A DNA stretch of 45,689 bases from a virus (lineage: Duplodnaviria > Caudoviricetes): the IMG/VR virus record IMGVR_UViG_3300025875_000051, positions 1 to 45,689 of that record. The stretch is one strand, 5' to 3'. This document shows positions 34,974-42,789 of the stretch, one piece after another; positions within the stretch are counted from its first letter, which is position 1; every line of letters begins with the position of its first letter. Under the pieces are notes generated by a model, which ran no database searches, had not been told where the DNA came from, and worked only from the letters and a program-made list of their open reading frames with translations. Position numbers and translations under genes: made by a program.

Positions 34974-35854
34974 GCTGCTTCTCCTTCGCACCACAGGCCG
35001 CATTCGGCGTCCATGTCGGGATCGTCGTCGAACAGATCAGCAAATAGATCGGGCTGACGGCGGATCGCGGCGCTGATCTCGGTGTAGCTGCGACCTAGTA
35101 TCCAGTGTCGGGCATCGGGTTCGGCTGTTTCGGCAACAGCCAGTTCCTGATCAATCCACCACGCCAGTGCCCCGGGTGTATATCGTTCAACTTCGTAAAG
35201 CCGTGGCCCCTTCTGAAAGCAACCATCACAGTTTCCCTCGAAGCCTTTTAGCCCGAGGTCGAAGACTTGCTCCCGCCACCATGCAAGAACATCGCGCTTA
35301 GTAACCCGCGCCGTGTAGAGAGGGCAAATTGGTGTCCACGCGTCTCTCTTCCGAAGGGCGCGAGCGAGGGCGCTGTCTCGCCTGCCGGGCTCATCGAACC
35401 GCAATCCGACGGCCGAAAAGTAACGCCTCTTGCCGAAAACCCGCATTGCAAATTGCCGCGCCACACGCTGCTTCAGCGCGATCGAACACCACGGGGACGC
35501 AACATTCGGAAGGTAGCCCTTTTCGCCGATCAGCGCGGCAAAAGGTTCGCCCGACCGGGACGCAGAATTGAAACCCACAGTCTGGAATCTATCCGGTCCA
35601 TCGCGTTCAAGCCAGTTTATCCGCACACCCCACCGCGTCGCGCACTCATGCACGAAGCGCAGCGTTTCTTCGCGCTCCTTGCCGGTGTTGGCAAAGCAGA
35701 CATGCACATCGTCGGGCAGTTTGCCGCCGTGCGCGTCGAGGATATGCCAGAGCATGTAGGCGCTGGTCCGCCCGCCGCTGAACGAAATGAGAGCCGGGCC
35801 TTCGATGCGGTACGGGTTCGCGTCCATGCGCTCTTGCTGGGCGGGGTCAGGCAT
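34970..35854 (-). CDS. PAPS-reductase / adenine nucleotide alpha-hydrolase family protein
   Basis: PP-loop ISFSGGRTSAYM, FANTGKE.EETL.FV, C...LK, G.R.DE..R, NCDGCF.K. Confidence 0.85.
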   Translation of the reverse strand: MPDPAQQERMDANPYRIEGPALISFSGGRTSAYMLWHILDAHGGKLPDDVHVCFANTGKEREETLRFVHECATRWGVRINWLERDGPDRFQTVGFNSASRSGEPFAALIGEKGYLPNVASPWCSIALKQRVARQFAMRVFGKRRYFSAVGLRFDEPGRRDSALARALRKRDAWTPICPLYTARVTKRDVLAWWREQVFDLGLKGFEGNCDGCFQKGPRLYEVERYTPGALAWWIDQELAVAETAEPDARHWILGRSYTEISAAIRRQPDLFADLFDDDPDMDAECGLWCEGEAA

Positions 35855-36354
35855 GGGGCACTCCACGGAATGATGGGGCTGTCGTAGGGCAGCATGAGCG
35901 GGTGCTTCGGATGGCCGCATTTGGCCGGTGGCCCGATGCTGAAGGCGGGCTGGCCAACTAGACCCATGACTGCGCGCCAGCGGCCGCGATGGTAGCGGGG
36001 TTGCTTGGTGATTGGCCCCCATGCCAGGATGACCCGGTCAGCCTCGCGACACATTCCCCGCAGGTGGTTGTCGTTATCGGGCAGGCCCACCGGATCACTC
36101 GCCCCGCTCAGTTCTCGAACATCGGTAGCGCGGAAGGCGAACAGGTTGCCGACGATCAGACGGCCCCACGCATTGCGTTCGCCAAAGCCGCGCAACTTCC
36201 GAATGGTCGCGTCGTCCTTCTCGGCATCGGCCGTGGATGGGTTGACCATGATGATAGCCGTCGCGCCTTCGCCGTGGCCTTCGCGCTCCAACCGGAAGCG
36301 ATACGTGCCGCAAGGCGAGATGATTGCGCTGCCACTGTGGGCGGGGTCAGTCAT
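35617..36354 (-). CDS. DUF1643 family protein with 78-aa read-through extension
   Basis: A.IS.CG.YR..L, MVNPSTAD...DD.TI, NLFAFRATD, AWG, P.HPL. Confidence 0.85.
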   Translation of the reverse strand: MTDPAHSGSAIISPCGTYRFRLEREGHGEGATAIIMVNPSTADAEKDDATIRKLRGFGERNAWGRLIVGNLFAFRATDVRELSGASDPVGLPDNDNHLRGMCREADRVILAWGPITKQPRYHRGRWRAVMGLVGQPAFSIGPPAKCGHPKHPLMLPYDSPIIPWSAPCLTPPSKSAWTRTRTASKARLSFRSAAGGPAPTCSGISSTRTAANCPTMCMSALPTPARSAKKRCASCMSARRGGVCG

Positions 36355-36505
36355 GGCGATAGGCTCCGTGGAAAATAGGCTCGTCGTAGTGCGACCCGCA
36401 TTTGCGGCAGCGGTGGCGCACGAAGTCGGCGGTCGCCTTGCTCTCGGTATAGCGCCCGTGGGTGAAGACGCAGCGCATGGTGCGCCAGATGGCTTTCAGG
36501 ATCAT
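36347..36505 (-). CDS. Small Zn-finger-like protein, 52 aa (MILKAIWRTMRCVFTHG...RCRKCG...)
   Basis: Not in the ORF track. ATGA overlap with the exonuclease stop; C...H...CxxC pattern. Confidence 0.6.
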   Translation of the reverse strand: MILKAIWRTMRCVFTHGRYTESKATADFVRHRCRKCGSHYDEPIFHGAYRHD

Positions 36506-37755
36506 ATCGCCAGCCTTCCAATGTCCGTCGCGTAGGACGGGATTTCCTCGTCCAGCAGGGTTTCCACGGGCTCAATGTCGAGCCACGGGTCGATGCCGTA
36601 TGCCTTCGCGCACTCGATCACGCGGCGCTTCATTTCATCGACGCGCGACTTCGTGACGCTGTAGAGCGTGCCCTTCGGCATCAGCTTGCCGCGCGTCACC
36701 GGGGCGCTGCCGGTCTGCTGGAAGACGAAAAGGAACGCGGGCTCGGGCTGGGTCGCCCACTTCTTCGCCCATTCAACCTGCCGCTCACCTTCATCGACTT
36801 CGCAGAACGGCGTGACCGTGATGCATGCCGCCCCACGCTCGCGGATCATCGCCTTCGCCGCCTCTGCCGCCTCAAGGTAAATGACGTGCTGCATGTTGTA
36901 GCGGTAGCTGGCGATCGCGGTCGTGATGGCCCGGTCGATCGGCTTGCCGCCCTGGTTCGCGAACGATTTGATATCCGCAATCAGCCGCATCTTCAGCTTG
37001 TCGAAGCGCGCCTTCATCGGCAGGCCGGTCGCCTTGCAGTGCCAGAAGATCGAAACCTCGCCATAGCCGCCGTCCATCGCCTTGCCGATTTCAGGGTGCG
37101 CGAGGATCATCTTGGCGGCGATCCGCACGCGGCGGTCGGTCTTGGCGGTGATGAACTGCGCGCCTTCGTTCTCGGCGCGGTGGCGAGCAAGCATCTGCTC
37201 CCAAATCAGCGCGTCGGGTTCAAGGTCGAGAAGCTGGGCGATCCAGTCCTCCTTGCGTGCGGGGCGGGTGGCGTCGTCGTAGCCCTTTGTCGTCGGCTTG
37301 CTGCCGAAGTCCACGATGCGCGCCTTGATCTGGTGCGTCGTTTCCAGCAGCAGCGACTTGCCGATCTCATCGACATAATCCGCCTTGTCCAAGTCGGCCG
37401 CGAACCGCTCGGCGTAGGCTTCTGGCCCTTCCAGAACGAGGCAGTGGATCGCCTTGCCGAGGCTGAAGTGCTGCTTCTCGTCCTCTTCCTCGCGGTCCTG
37501 ATTGAGCCAGCTATCGGCCCAAAAGTTCATCGACGAAACACCCATGCGCTTCAGACCCGACGTGCTGCCAGCCGGGACGGCGTGATAGTCGTCCTCGCTC
37601 ATGCCGAAGTAAATGCCGGGCTCGGGGAACGCGGGCTGGCCCGACAGGCGCGGCAGGTCGAACGGCTCGACCGGCTCGGGATCGCCCGACAGGATGCGGG
37701 CTTCGGTGTCGCGCCACATTTCGGCGGCAACGGCTTCGGTGATCTTGTCGGTCAT
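36502..37755 (-). CDS. RecE/exonuclease VIII-like PD-(D/E)xK exonuclease
   Basis: PGIY.GM...DYHA, S.S.LK, G.AIH.LVLE, E.SIFW....G..MKARFD.L....DIKS, Y.Y..Q...Y. Confidence 0.85.
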   Translation of the reverse strand: MTDKITEAVAAEMWRDTEARILSGDPEPVEPFDLPRLSGQPAFPEPGIYFGMSEDDYHAVPAGSTSGLKRMGVSSMNFWADSWLNQDREEEDEKQHFSLGKAIHCLVLEGPEAYAERFAADLDKADYVDEIGKSLLLETTHQIKARIVDFGSKPTTKGYDDATRPARKEDWIAQLLDLEPDALIWEQMLARHRAENEGAQFITAKTDRRVRIAAKMILAHPEIGKAMDGGYGEVSIFWHCKATGLPMKARFDKLKMRLIADIKSFANQGGKPIDRAITTAIASYRYNMQHVIYLEAAEAAKAMIRERGAACITVTPFCEVDEGERQVEWAKKWATQPEPAFLFVFQQTGSAPVTRGKLMPKGTLYSVTKSRVDEMKRRVIECAKAYGIDPWLDIEPVETLLDEEIPSYATDIGRLAI

Positions 37756-37943
37756 TTCAGCAACTCCTCTACGGTTTGGATGAACACGTTGTCGGCCCTG
37801 CTCTTGATCCAGCAGGGCTGGCTCGGCGTCGCGTAGCACTTGGGGCAAACGTCGGATCGCTTCTTCATGGGGTTTGCGATCGGGCACTGCGCCAGGGTGG
37901 CATCCCTATGGTTCAGGGCCGCTTTGATCTTCCGTTCCAGCAT
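37752..37943 (-). CDS. Hypothetical Zn-binding protein, 63 aa
   Basis: TGATG/ATGA couplings; CPKC.A....PC. Confidence 0.65.
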   Translation of the reverse strand: MLERKIKAALNHRDATLAQCPIANPMKKRSDVCPKCYATPSQPCWIKSRADNVFIQTVEELLK

Positions 37944-38122
37944 CACGCGAACCTTTCGATCAGGGCATAGATGACCAGCCCGACGAAACCGGCGACAACG
38001 ATGGTCAGCGCGACCCACACGGGCTCGAAGTCGGGTTCGTCGGGGGTCAGGCGGGTGTGGCCGTAGTCGTGCAAGCTGCGGTCGCTCTGCACGGGGCGCT
38101 CGAAATGGTCGGGGCGGCGCAT
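37943..38122 (-). CDS. Tail-anchored membrane micro-protein, 59 aa
   Basis: Not in the ORF track. TGATG couplings at both ends; C-terminal TM VWVALTIVVAGFVGLVIYALI. Confidence 0.65.
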   Translation of the reverse strand: MRRPDHFERPVQSDRSLHDYGHTRLTPDEPDFEPVWVALTIVVAGFVGLVIYALIERFA

Positions 38123-38466
38123 CAGATGAGCGCCGACTTGAGGGAGGCGCGGTCGATCTGAAGCGCGGCGACGAGAGTTTCAGCCGCCTCCTGTCGCGTC
38201 GTGTAGGCGCGCGCCCACACACTCGTCGCCTTGCGCTCGTCTTCCTTGGCGGTATTCTCTGCCTCTGCGTCGCCATCGCGCTCGGCAATTCGCGCGTCGA
38301 GGCGGGCATAGTCTATTGGGACGCGAAGGCGCTTCTCTTCGGCGCACGCCTCGCGGAACGCGGCGGCGGCAGTCTCAATAGCGTCGTGGTCAAGTTTCAT
38401 GTCGGTAACTCCTGTTTGGTCGTTGGTTGAAATTAGCACGCGGTAGGATTGGCCGAGGCGGCTCAT
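38122..38466 (-). CDS. Hypothetical helical protein (start 38466 or 38400)
   Basis: ATGA-coupled start at 38466 and a second start at 38400 with RBS CAGGAG. Confidence 0.65.
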   Translation of the reverse strand: MSRLGQSYRVLISTNDQTGVTDMKLDHDAIETAAAAFREACAEEKRLRVPIDYARLDARIAERDGDAEAENTAKEDERKATSVWARAYTTRQEAAETLVAALQIDRASLKSALI

Positions 38467-38780
38467 GCGTCACCTTCACGGGCTGCGAGCAAGCCAATCG
38501 GGCGCGGGTTGGCAATCGGATCGGCAAAATGCAGGCGCATATATTCAGCGATCGTCGGCCCTGCGTAACCGGAAGAGGCAGCTTCCAACTTCGGGCGGCA
38601 AGGTTCCGACCAACGAAGACCTTCCTCTGTGCGCCCGCAGTCCATGCAAACGTACAATCCCGGCTGCTTCGGAGGCGCGGGGAGATTGAACGCGCGGCTG
38701 ACATCATGCGGGTCGTACCGAAAGACCTCCCTGATTTCGTGATGGCGGCTGACGATGACCGGCACGGTCTCGGCGCTCAT
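38463..38780 (-). CDS. Hypothetical protein, 105 aa, Zn-finger-like (H...CMDCG...C)
   Basis: ATGA couplings; flanked by an identical 14-nt repeat. Confidence 0.65.
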   Translation of the reverse strand: MSAETVPVIVSRHHEIREVFRYDPHDVSRAFNLPAPPKQPGLYVCMDCGRTEEGLRWSEPCRPKLEAASSGYAGPTIAEYMRLHFADPIANPRPIGLLAAREGDA

Positions 38781-39169
38781 GCGTCACCGCCTTTGCCGCG
38801 CTGGTCGGCTTGCGCGAGGGCGGCGTCGATGCGAGCGAGCGAACCGCGCAATATTTCCCAAGGATCACCGCAATCGTAGTTGACCCAACCAGTAGGCGTG
38901 CATTTGAGAGCCATCACAATGTCGGCCCGCAGCGCCACCAGATCGGCTTGCGGCGGGGATTGCTCTTGGGCTGCGAGGGCGGCGCGGGCCTGTATCCTAG
39001 CGTATCCCTGGTCTTGTAGCGTCAAGTTGCTCCACCGGACCTCGCGCAGATCTAGAAGGCTGAACCGGCTTCCAGTCGGAACAGGATTGTGTGGACCCAC
39101 AATGGCTTTCGCCATGCGTTCCACCACCGACTCGCTCGGCACAGCCCCCTCGGGCACGGGCGCGCTCAC
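38777..39169 (-). CDS. Hypothetical protein, 130 aa
   Basis: GTGA coupling; VVERMAKAI...ARAALAA motif typical of phage early genes. Confidence 0.65.
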   Translation of the reverse strand: MSAPVPEGAVPSESVVERMAKAIVGPHNPVPTGSRFSLLDLREVRWSNLTLQDQGYARIQARAALAAQEQSPPQADLVALRADIVMALKCTPTGWVNYDCGDPWEILRGSLARIDAALAQADQRGKGGDA

Positions 39170-39408
39170 AGTTCACCGCCTTTGCGGTGATCCGCAGGCA
39201 TCGGGATACCCTCGCGGTCGCACTGGCGCAGGCGAAGGCGGCTGGTGATGCGGGCGATCTTCCGGCCGCGCTCGGTCGGCGGGTCGCTGCAATAGAGGGG
39301 AAGCCTGGGGCCATCCACGCGGGTCACGATTTTCTGCGCCCGCTTCATGCACTCGAACGTAATGTCGATGTACCGGAGCCGCTGCGGCAGGGTGGGATTG
39401 TATGTCAT
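39166..39408 (-). CDS. First gene of left operon, basic 80-aa protein
   Basis: RBS AAGGA; downstream of the leftward promoter. Confidence 0.6.
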   Translation of the reverse strand: MTYNPTLPQRLRYIDITFECMKRAQKIVTRVDGPRLPLYCSDPPTERGRKIARITSRLRLRQCDREGIPMPADHRKGGEL

Positions 39409-39464
39409 GGCGTTTCGTCCTTTCCGCCGTGAAGATTGAACCGTGTTGTTCCGCCTTCCACTCC

Positions 39465-39493
39465 TGAATATGCGCGCCGACCGGATGCGTCAA
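39465..39493 (-). promoter_or_regulatory. Leftward sigma70-type promoter
   Basis: TTGACG-17 nt-TATTCA on the minus strand, upstream of the left operon. Confidence 0.65.
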
Positions 39494-39528
39494 GCATTTA
39501 TTTTGCTTGCACTTGGCATTTCTTTTGC
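39494..39528. promoter_or_regulatory. Two putative operators GCATTT(A/C)TTTTGC (39494-39506, 39516-39528)
   Basis: 12/13 identical, GCA-N7-TGC dyad, 22-bp spacing; they abut or overlap both promoters. Confidence 0.65.
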
Positions 39529-39535
39529 ATAGAGG
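39507..39535 (+). promoter_or_regulatory. Rightward sigma70-type promoter (probably leaderless transcript)
   Basis: TTGCAC-17 nt-TAGAGG, 7 nt before ATG 39543. Confidence 0.55.
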
Positions 39536-39542
39536 TCGCGTC

Positions 39543-39746
39543 ATGGACAAGAAAGCTGCACTGGACGCGCTGCACGCGCGCTGCTTCGAAGCCCGCGTTC
39601 CGATGAGCAAGGTTTGCTCGGACGCGGGCGTGGCTCAATCAACCGCGTCCCGTTGGCGTCGTGATCCCGCGACGATGACGGCGCGCACGCTCGGCAAGCT
39701 GGAAGCGGCGCTTGCCAGGATCGAAAGGGGTGAAGACGATGGGTGA
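39543..39746 (+). CDS. Cro-like HTH transcriptional regulator
   Basis: MSKVCSDAGVAQSTASRWR HTH; 67 aa; first gene of the right operon. Confidence 0.85.
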   Translation: MDKKAALDALHARCFEARVPMSKVCSDAGVAQSTASRWRRDPATMTARTLGKLEAALARIERGEDDG

Positions 39747-40140
39747 GTATCACGACATTCTGGGCATGGTGCAACGCGACGGGCGCGATACCAGCGCGGT
39801 CGCAGCGGCCAAGGTCAAACGGGTAAGCCTGCGCGCCAAGGTCGAGCGGTTTGCTCTGGAACGACCGTTTGGCTTCATCGACGAGGGCTTGCGGTTGATG
39901 TTTCCCGACGCGCCGGAGAGTTCGCTTCGTAAACGTCGCACCGAATTGACGCAGGAGAACCGCATCCTCGACAGCGGCAGCACGATTGCCAATTCGCACG
40001 GCAATGCTGTCGTCATCTGGACGCATCGCGATTTCGTGCGGAACCCGCCGCCGATCATCGAGCGCGAGGTGCCGCAGTCGAAGGACGATCTGATCCTGCG
40101 GCTGAAGGCTTTGCTCGATGCCCACGGCATTCCCTATTAA
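39739..40140 (+). CDS. Putative winged-helix DNA-binding protein
   Basis: R....TS..AA N-terminus; SSLRKRRTEL....I.DSG......G....W. Confidence 0.65.
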   Translation: MGEYHDILGMVQRDGRDTSAVAAAKVKRVSLRAKVERFALERPFGFIDEGLRLMFPDAPESSLRKRRTELTQENRILDSGSTIANSHGNAVVIWTHRDFVRNPPPIIEREVPQSKDDLILRLKALLDAHGIPY

Positions 40141-40157
40141 CCAAGGAGACGAAGACC

Positions 40158-40610
40158 ATGAATGAGCAAGTGAACCCTGAAACGGGCGAGATAGTCGAGG
40201 ACGATCGCGGGCTGGACGCGCGCTCGATCACGGCGGCCGATGGCGGTCCGGTTGCCAAGCGCAGCGGCCATGTGTCCGACGTGCTGCGGATGCTAGAAGA
40301 CGGGCAGTTCAACGCCGATGCCAGCGAGGCGATGCGCGAACTGGTGCGGATGATGGAAGCCCACGCGCATAACAACAAGGGCGCAGCGAAGGGCAAGGTC
40401 ACGATCGAACTGGACATGACCCTCGCGAATGGCGTCTTTGTCCTGACGCCTGCCTACAAGGTCAAGGCACCGGTACAGAAGCGGCTGGGCACGGCCCTGT
40501 TCGCGGGCGATACCGGCTCGCTGGGCCGCAACCCGCCCGGCCAGAAGGCTATGTTCGGGGATCGCCAGCCGCGCGATCCGTATGCCGATCAGGCGGTGCG
40601 CGACGTTTGA
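40158..40610 (+). CDS. Conserved hypothetical protein preceding DUF2303 (YfdP-like position)
   Basis: RBS AAGGAG; L..G.F...S..M.ELV...KGKVTIEL...K.P...LF....G.L..NPP.Q. Confidence 0.75.
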   Translation: MNEQVNPETGEIVEDDRGLDARSITAADGGPVAKRSGHVSDVLRMLEDGQFNADASEAMRELVRMMEAHAHNNKGAAKGKVTIELDMTLANGVFVLTPAYKVKAPVQKRLGTALFAGDTGSLGRNPPGQKAMFGDRQPRDPYADQAVRDV

Positions 40611-40667
40611 GTTTCCCACGCGCCGGGGGATGATCCGGCGCATATCTGTGACGAAGAGGAAAGAACG

Positions 40668-41678
40668 ATGACCGAAGACAATGACAATGGCGAGGATTTC
40701 GCGGGCTTCGCGGAGTTCGTGAACGGCCTGGCGAGCGGGTCGAGCAAGCCCGATACGGCCGAAGGTGTGGCGGAACTGCTGAACGAGGCGGTGGCGTTCG
40801 TTGCGGAGCACAAGCGGTCCAAAGTCGGCGTGCTTCAGAATGACGAAGACGGCTCGGCCATTCCGATCATCATGGCGCCGGATGGTGGCTATGAAATGCT
40901 TTCGCCGGAGACGCTGGACGCCTTCAAGGATCGGCCTTCGCGTCGGCGCGGCACTGCCACGGTCACGTCGCTGCAAAGCCTCATCGACCATGTGAAGCGG
41001 TTCGGTGACGAAGACAGCGCCGTGTTCGTCTGTGACGATCGGGCCAGCCCGTCGATCACCGCCGTTCTGGACTACAACCGTAAGGACATTGACGATGAGC
41101 ATGGCGAGTACCGCCACGGGCTGCACCGCACGTTCTATCGCTTCCCGCTGTCGGACGAATGGAAGGCTTGGCACGCAAGGAACGCCGAGATGATGACGAT
41201 GCCTGCTTTTGCGGCATTTCTCGAAGACAACGTGCTCGACGTTGCTGAGATTGAGGCGGTTCCGGAGAGCGCGAAACGGTTCGTCGAAATGGGCGGCGGC
41301 GAAAAGAATATCGCTGACTGGTCGATGCTTACTAAGCTGGCGAAGGGGTTGGCGATCTTCGAGAATAGCGTCGTCACGGAGGCGGTGAACCTGTCGAGCG
41401 GCGAGGGGCAACTGACCCTCGGCAACGCGCACGACACGGAGATTGAGGGCGTGAAGGTCAAGGTGCCGACCATGTTCTTCATCGCTATTCCGATCTTCCG
41501 CGAAGGCGCGATCTACCGCCTGCCGGTGCGCCTGCGCTATCGCAAGTCGGGCCAGGGCGTCGTGTTCTGGTTTGAACTGTGGCGCTCGGATCGTGCCTTC
41601 ACTGACGCGGTGCAGGAGGCGGTCGAGAAGGTCGGGACCGAAACCGGCGCGCAAGTCTTCTACGGCTCGCCTGAATAA
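40668..41678 (+). CDS. DUF2303 (YfdQ-like) family protein
   Basis: P.RRRGT...L.SLI..V, ITAVLDY, S.EW.AW, FA.FLEDN..D, P..F.IAIP.F. Confidence 0.85.
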   Translation: MTEDNDNGEDFAGFAEFVNGLASGSSKPDTAEGVAELLNEAVAFVAEHKRSKVGVLQNDEDGSAIPIIMAPDGGYEMLSPETLDAFKDRPSRRRGTATVTSLQSLIDHVKRFGDEDSAVFVCDDRASPSITAVLDYNRKDIDDEHGEYRHGLHRTFYRFPLSDEWKAWHARNAEMMTMPAFAAFLEDNVLDVAEIEAVPESAKRFVEMGGGEKNIADWSMLTKLAKGLAIFENSVVTEAVNLSSGEGQLTLGNAHDTEIEGVKVKVPTMFFIAIPIFREGAIYRLPVRLRYRKSGQGVVFWFELWRSDRAFTDAVQEAVEKVGTETGAQVFYGSPE

Positions 41679-41681
41679 GCA

Positions 41682-42341
41682 ATGCGCGTGCTGGTCGGCT
41701 ATTCGACTTGCCCTCTGACCCGTGCCGCTTTCGAGCGGAATGGGCATGAGGTGTGGACGTGCGATCTTCTGCCAGCGCGCGACGGCAGCCCGCGCCACTT
41801 CCAATGCGATGTGTGGGAAGTGGCGCGGGATCGCTGGGACATGGGCATTTTCCATCCCATGTGTACCTACTTGACTATCTCGGCGGCGTGGGCTTTCGGG
41901 GATGGTCCCTATCATCAGCAGGTGAAGCCCGACACGCTTGTCGGCGCTGCCAGGCGCGAGGCGCGCGAGGCGGCCTTGGCCAATTTTCGGCAGCTTCTTG
42001 CGCTTCCCTATCCGAAAGCGATCGAGAACCCGGCGCCGTCATTCGTAAGCCGCGCGATCCGGCCGCCCGACCAGACAATCCAGCCCTTTCAGTTCGGGGA
42101 CAGTGCCAGCAAGAGGACGGGCCTCTGGCTCGATCGGCTGCGCAAGCTGCGCCCTACAGCGTTCGCCCGCGCCCGCGTGGTTGGGGAGGAAGTCGATCTT
42201 CTTGGCGACGGGATCATGCGGTGGGAGAACCAGACAGACAGCGGGCAGAACAAGCTATCCCCCGGCGATGGTCGCTGGCTCGAACGCAGCAAGACCTATC
42301 CAGGTATTGCCCGCGCTATGGGGGATCAGTGGGGTGCGTAG
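41682..42341 (+). CDS. Minimal DNA cytosine methyltransferase-like protein
   Basis: R.AF...GH..W.CD.LP, HPMCTYL (motif IV-like), IENP (motif VI), K.T.LWL, RSKTYPGIA.AM..QWG. Confidence 0.65.
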   Translation: MRVLVGYSTCPLTRAAFERNGHEVWTCDLLPARDGSPRHFQCDVWEVARDRWDMGIFHPMCTYLTISAAWAFGDGPYHQQVKPDTLVGAARREAREAALANFRQLLALPYPKAIENPAPSFVSRAIRPPDQTIQPFQFGDSASKRTGLWLDRLRKLRPTAFARARVVGEEVDLLGDGIMRWENQTDSGQNKLSPGDGRWLERSKTYPGIARAMGDQWGA

Positions 42342-42738
42342 GTCGCCGCTCAAAGCGAAGCGGGACAAGCCGCGCCGCAATGAGGGCCGGGTGCCCCACA
42401 AGCGCCAGAAGCCCGGCAAGACGGCGCAGGAGCGCGCGCACATGGCGATGGTGGCGGAACGGGGCTGCTGCGTCTGCGGAGCGCCTGCTACGGTCCATCA
42501 CGTCACCAGCGACGGCTACCAGCGGATTACCCGCTCGCACCGCCGCGTGGTGCCGCTCTGCCCGGTCCACCATTTCATCCAGCACGGCCCGCGCGAGAGC
42601 GTCGAGGCGCTGTCACACGGCGGCTTCAGGGCTCGCTATGGTATTGATCTGCTGGCGCTGGCAGATGCGCTCTGGCGCTTGACGGAAGAGGCGGCGGGGG
42701 AGCATGAAGGCAGCGAGGACCGGCCGGAAGACGAATAA
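42334..42738 (+). CDS. Ref-like (HNH-fold) nuclease with basic N-terminus
   Basis: H...VA..GCCVCG....VHH...VPLCP.HH...F..RYG. Confidence 0.75.
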   Translation: MRRSPLKAKRDKPRRNEGRVPHKRQKPGKTAQERAHMAMVAERGCCVCGAPATVHHVTSDGYQRITRSHRRVVPLCPVHHFIQHGPRESVEALSHGGFRARYGIDLLALADALWRLTEEAAGEHEGSEDRPEDE

Positions 42739-42753
42739 CGGCCGATCCTCGCT
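42712..42753. repeat. Inverted repeat / hairpin (14 of 15 bp)
   Basis: AGCGAGGAcCGGCCG-12 nt-CGGCCGaTCCTCGCT. Confidence 0.75.
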
Positions 42754-42789
42754 TAGATCAACCCGCTCGACCAAGGGAGCGAAAGACCT

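Noticed and set aside
25648-35625. Near-DnaA boxes (TTATCCACC ~25648, TTATCCGCA ~35617 and weaker ones)
   Set aside because: Isolated, mismatched, inside CDSs and far from the candidate origin; consistent with chance.
34970-35854. Auxiliary sulphur-metabolism gene cysH or a Dnd phosphorothioation system
   Set aside because: Only the shared PP-loop fold is evident; no partner cys or dnd genes are present.
39409-39475. Several GGA motifs in the left-operon leader as CsrA/RsmA sites
   Set aside because: They are not clearly in hairpin loops, and a purine-rich RBS region explains them.
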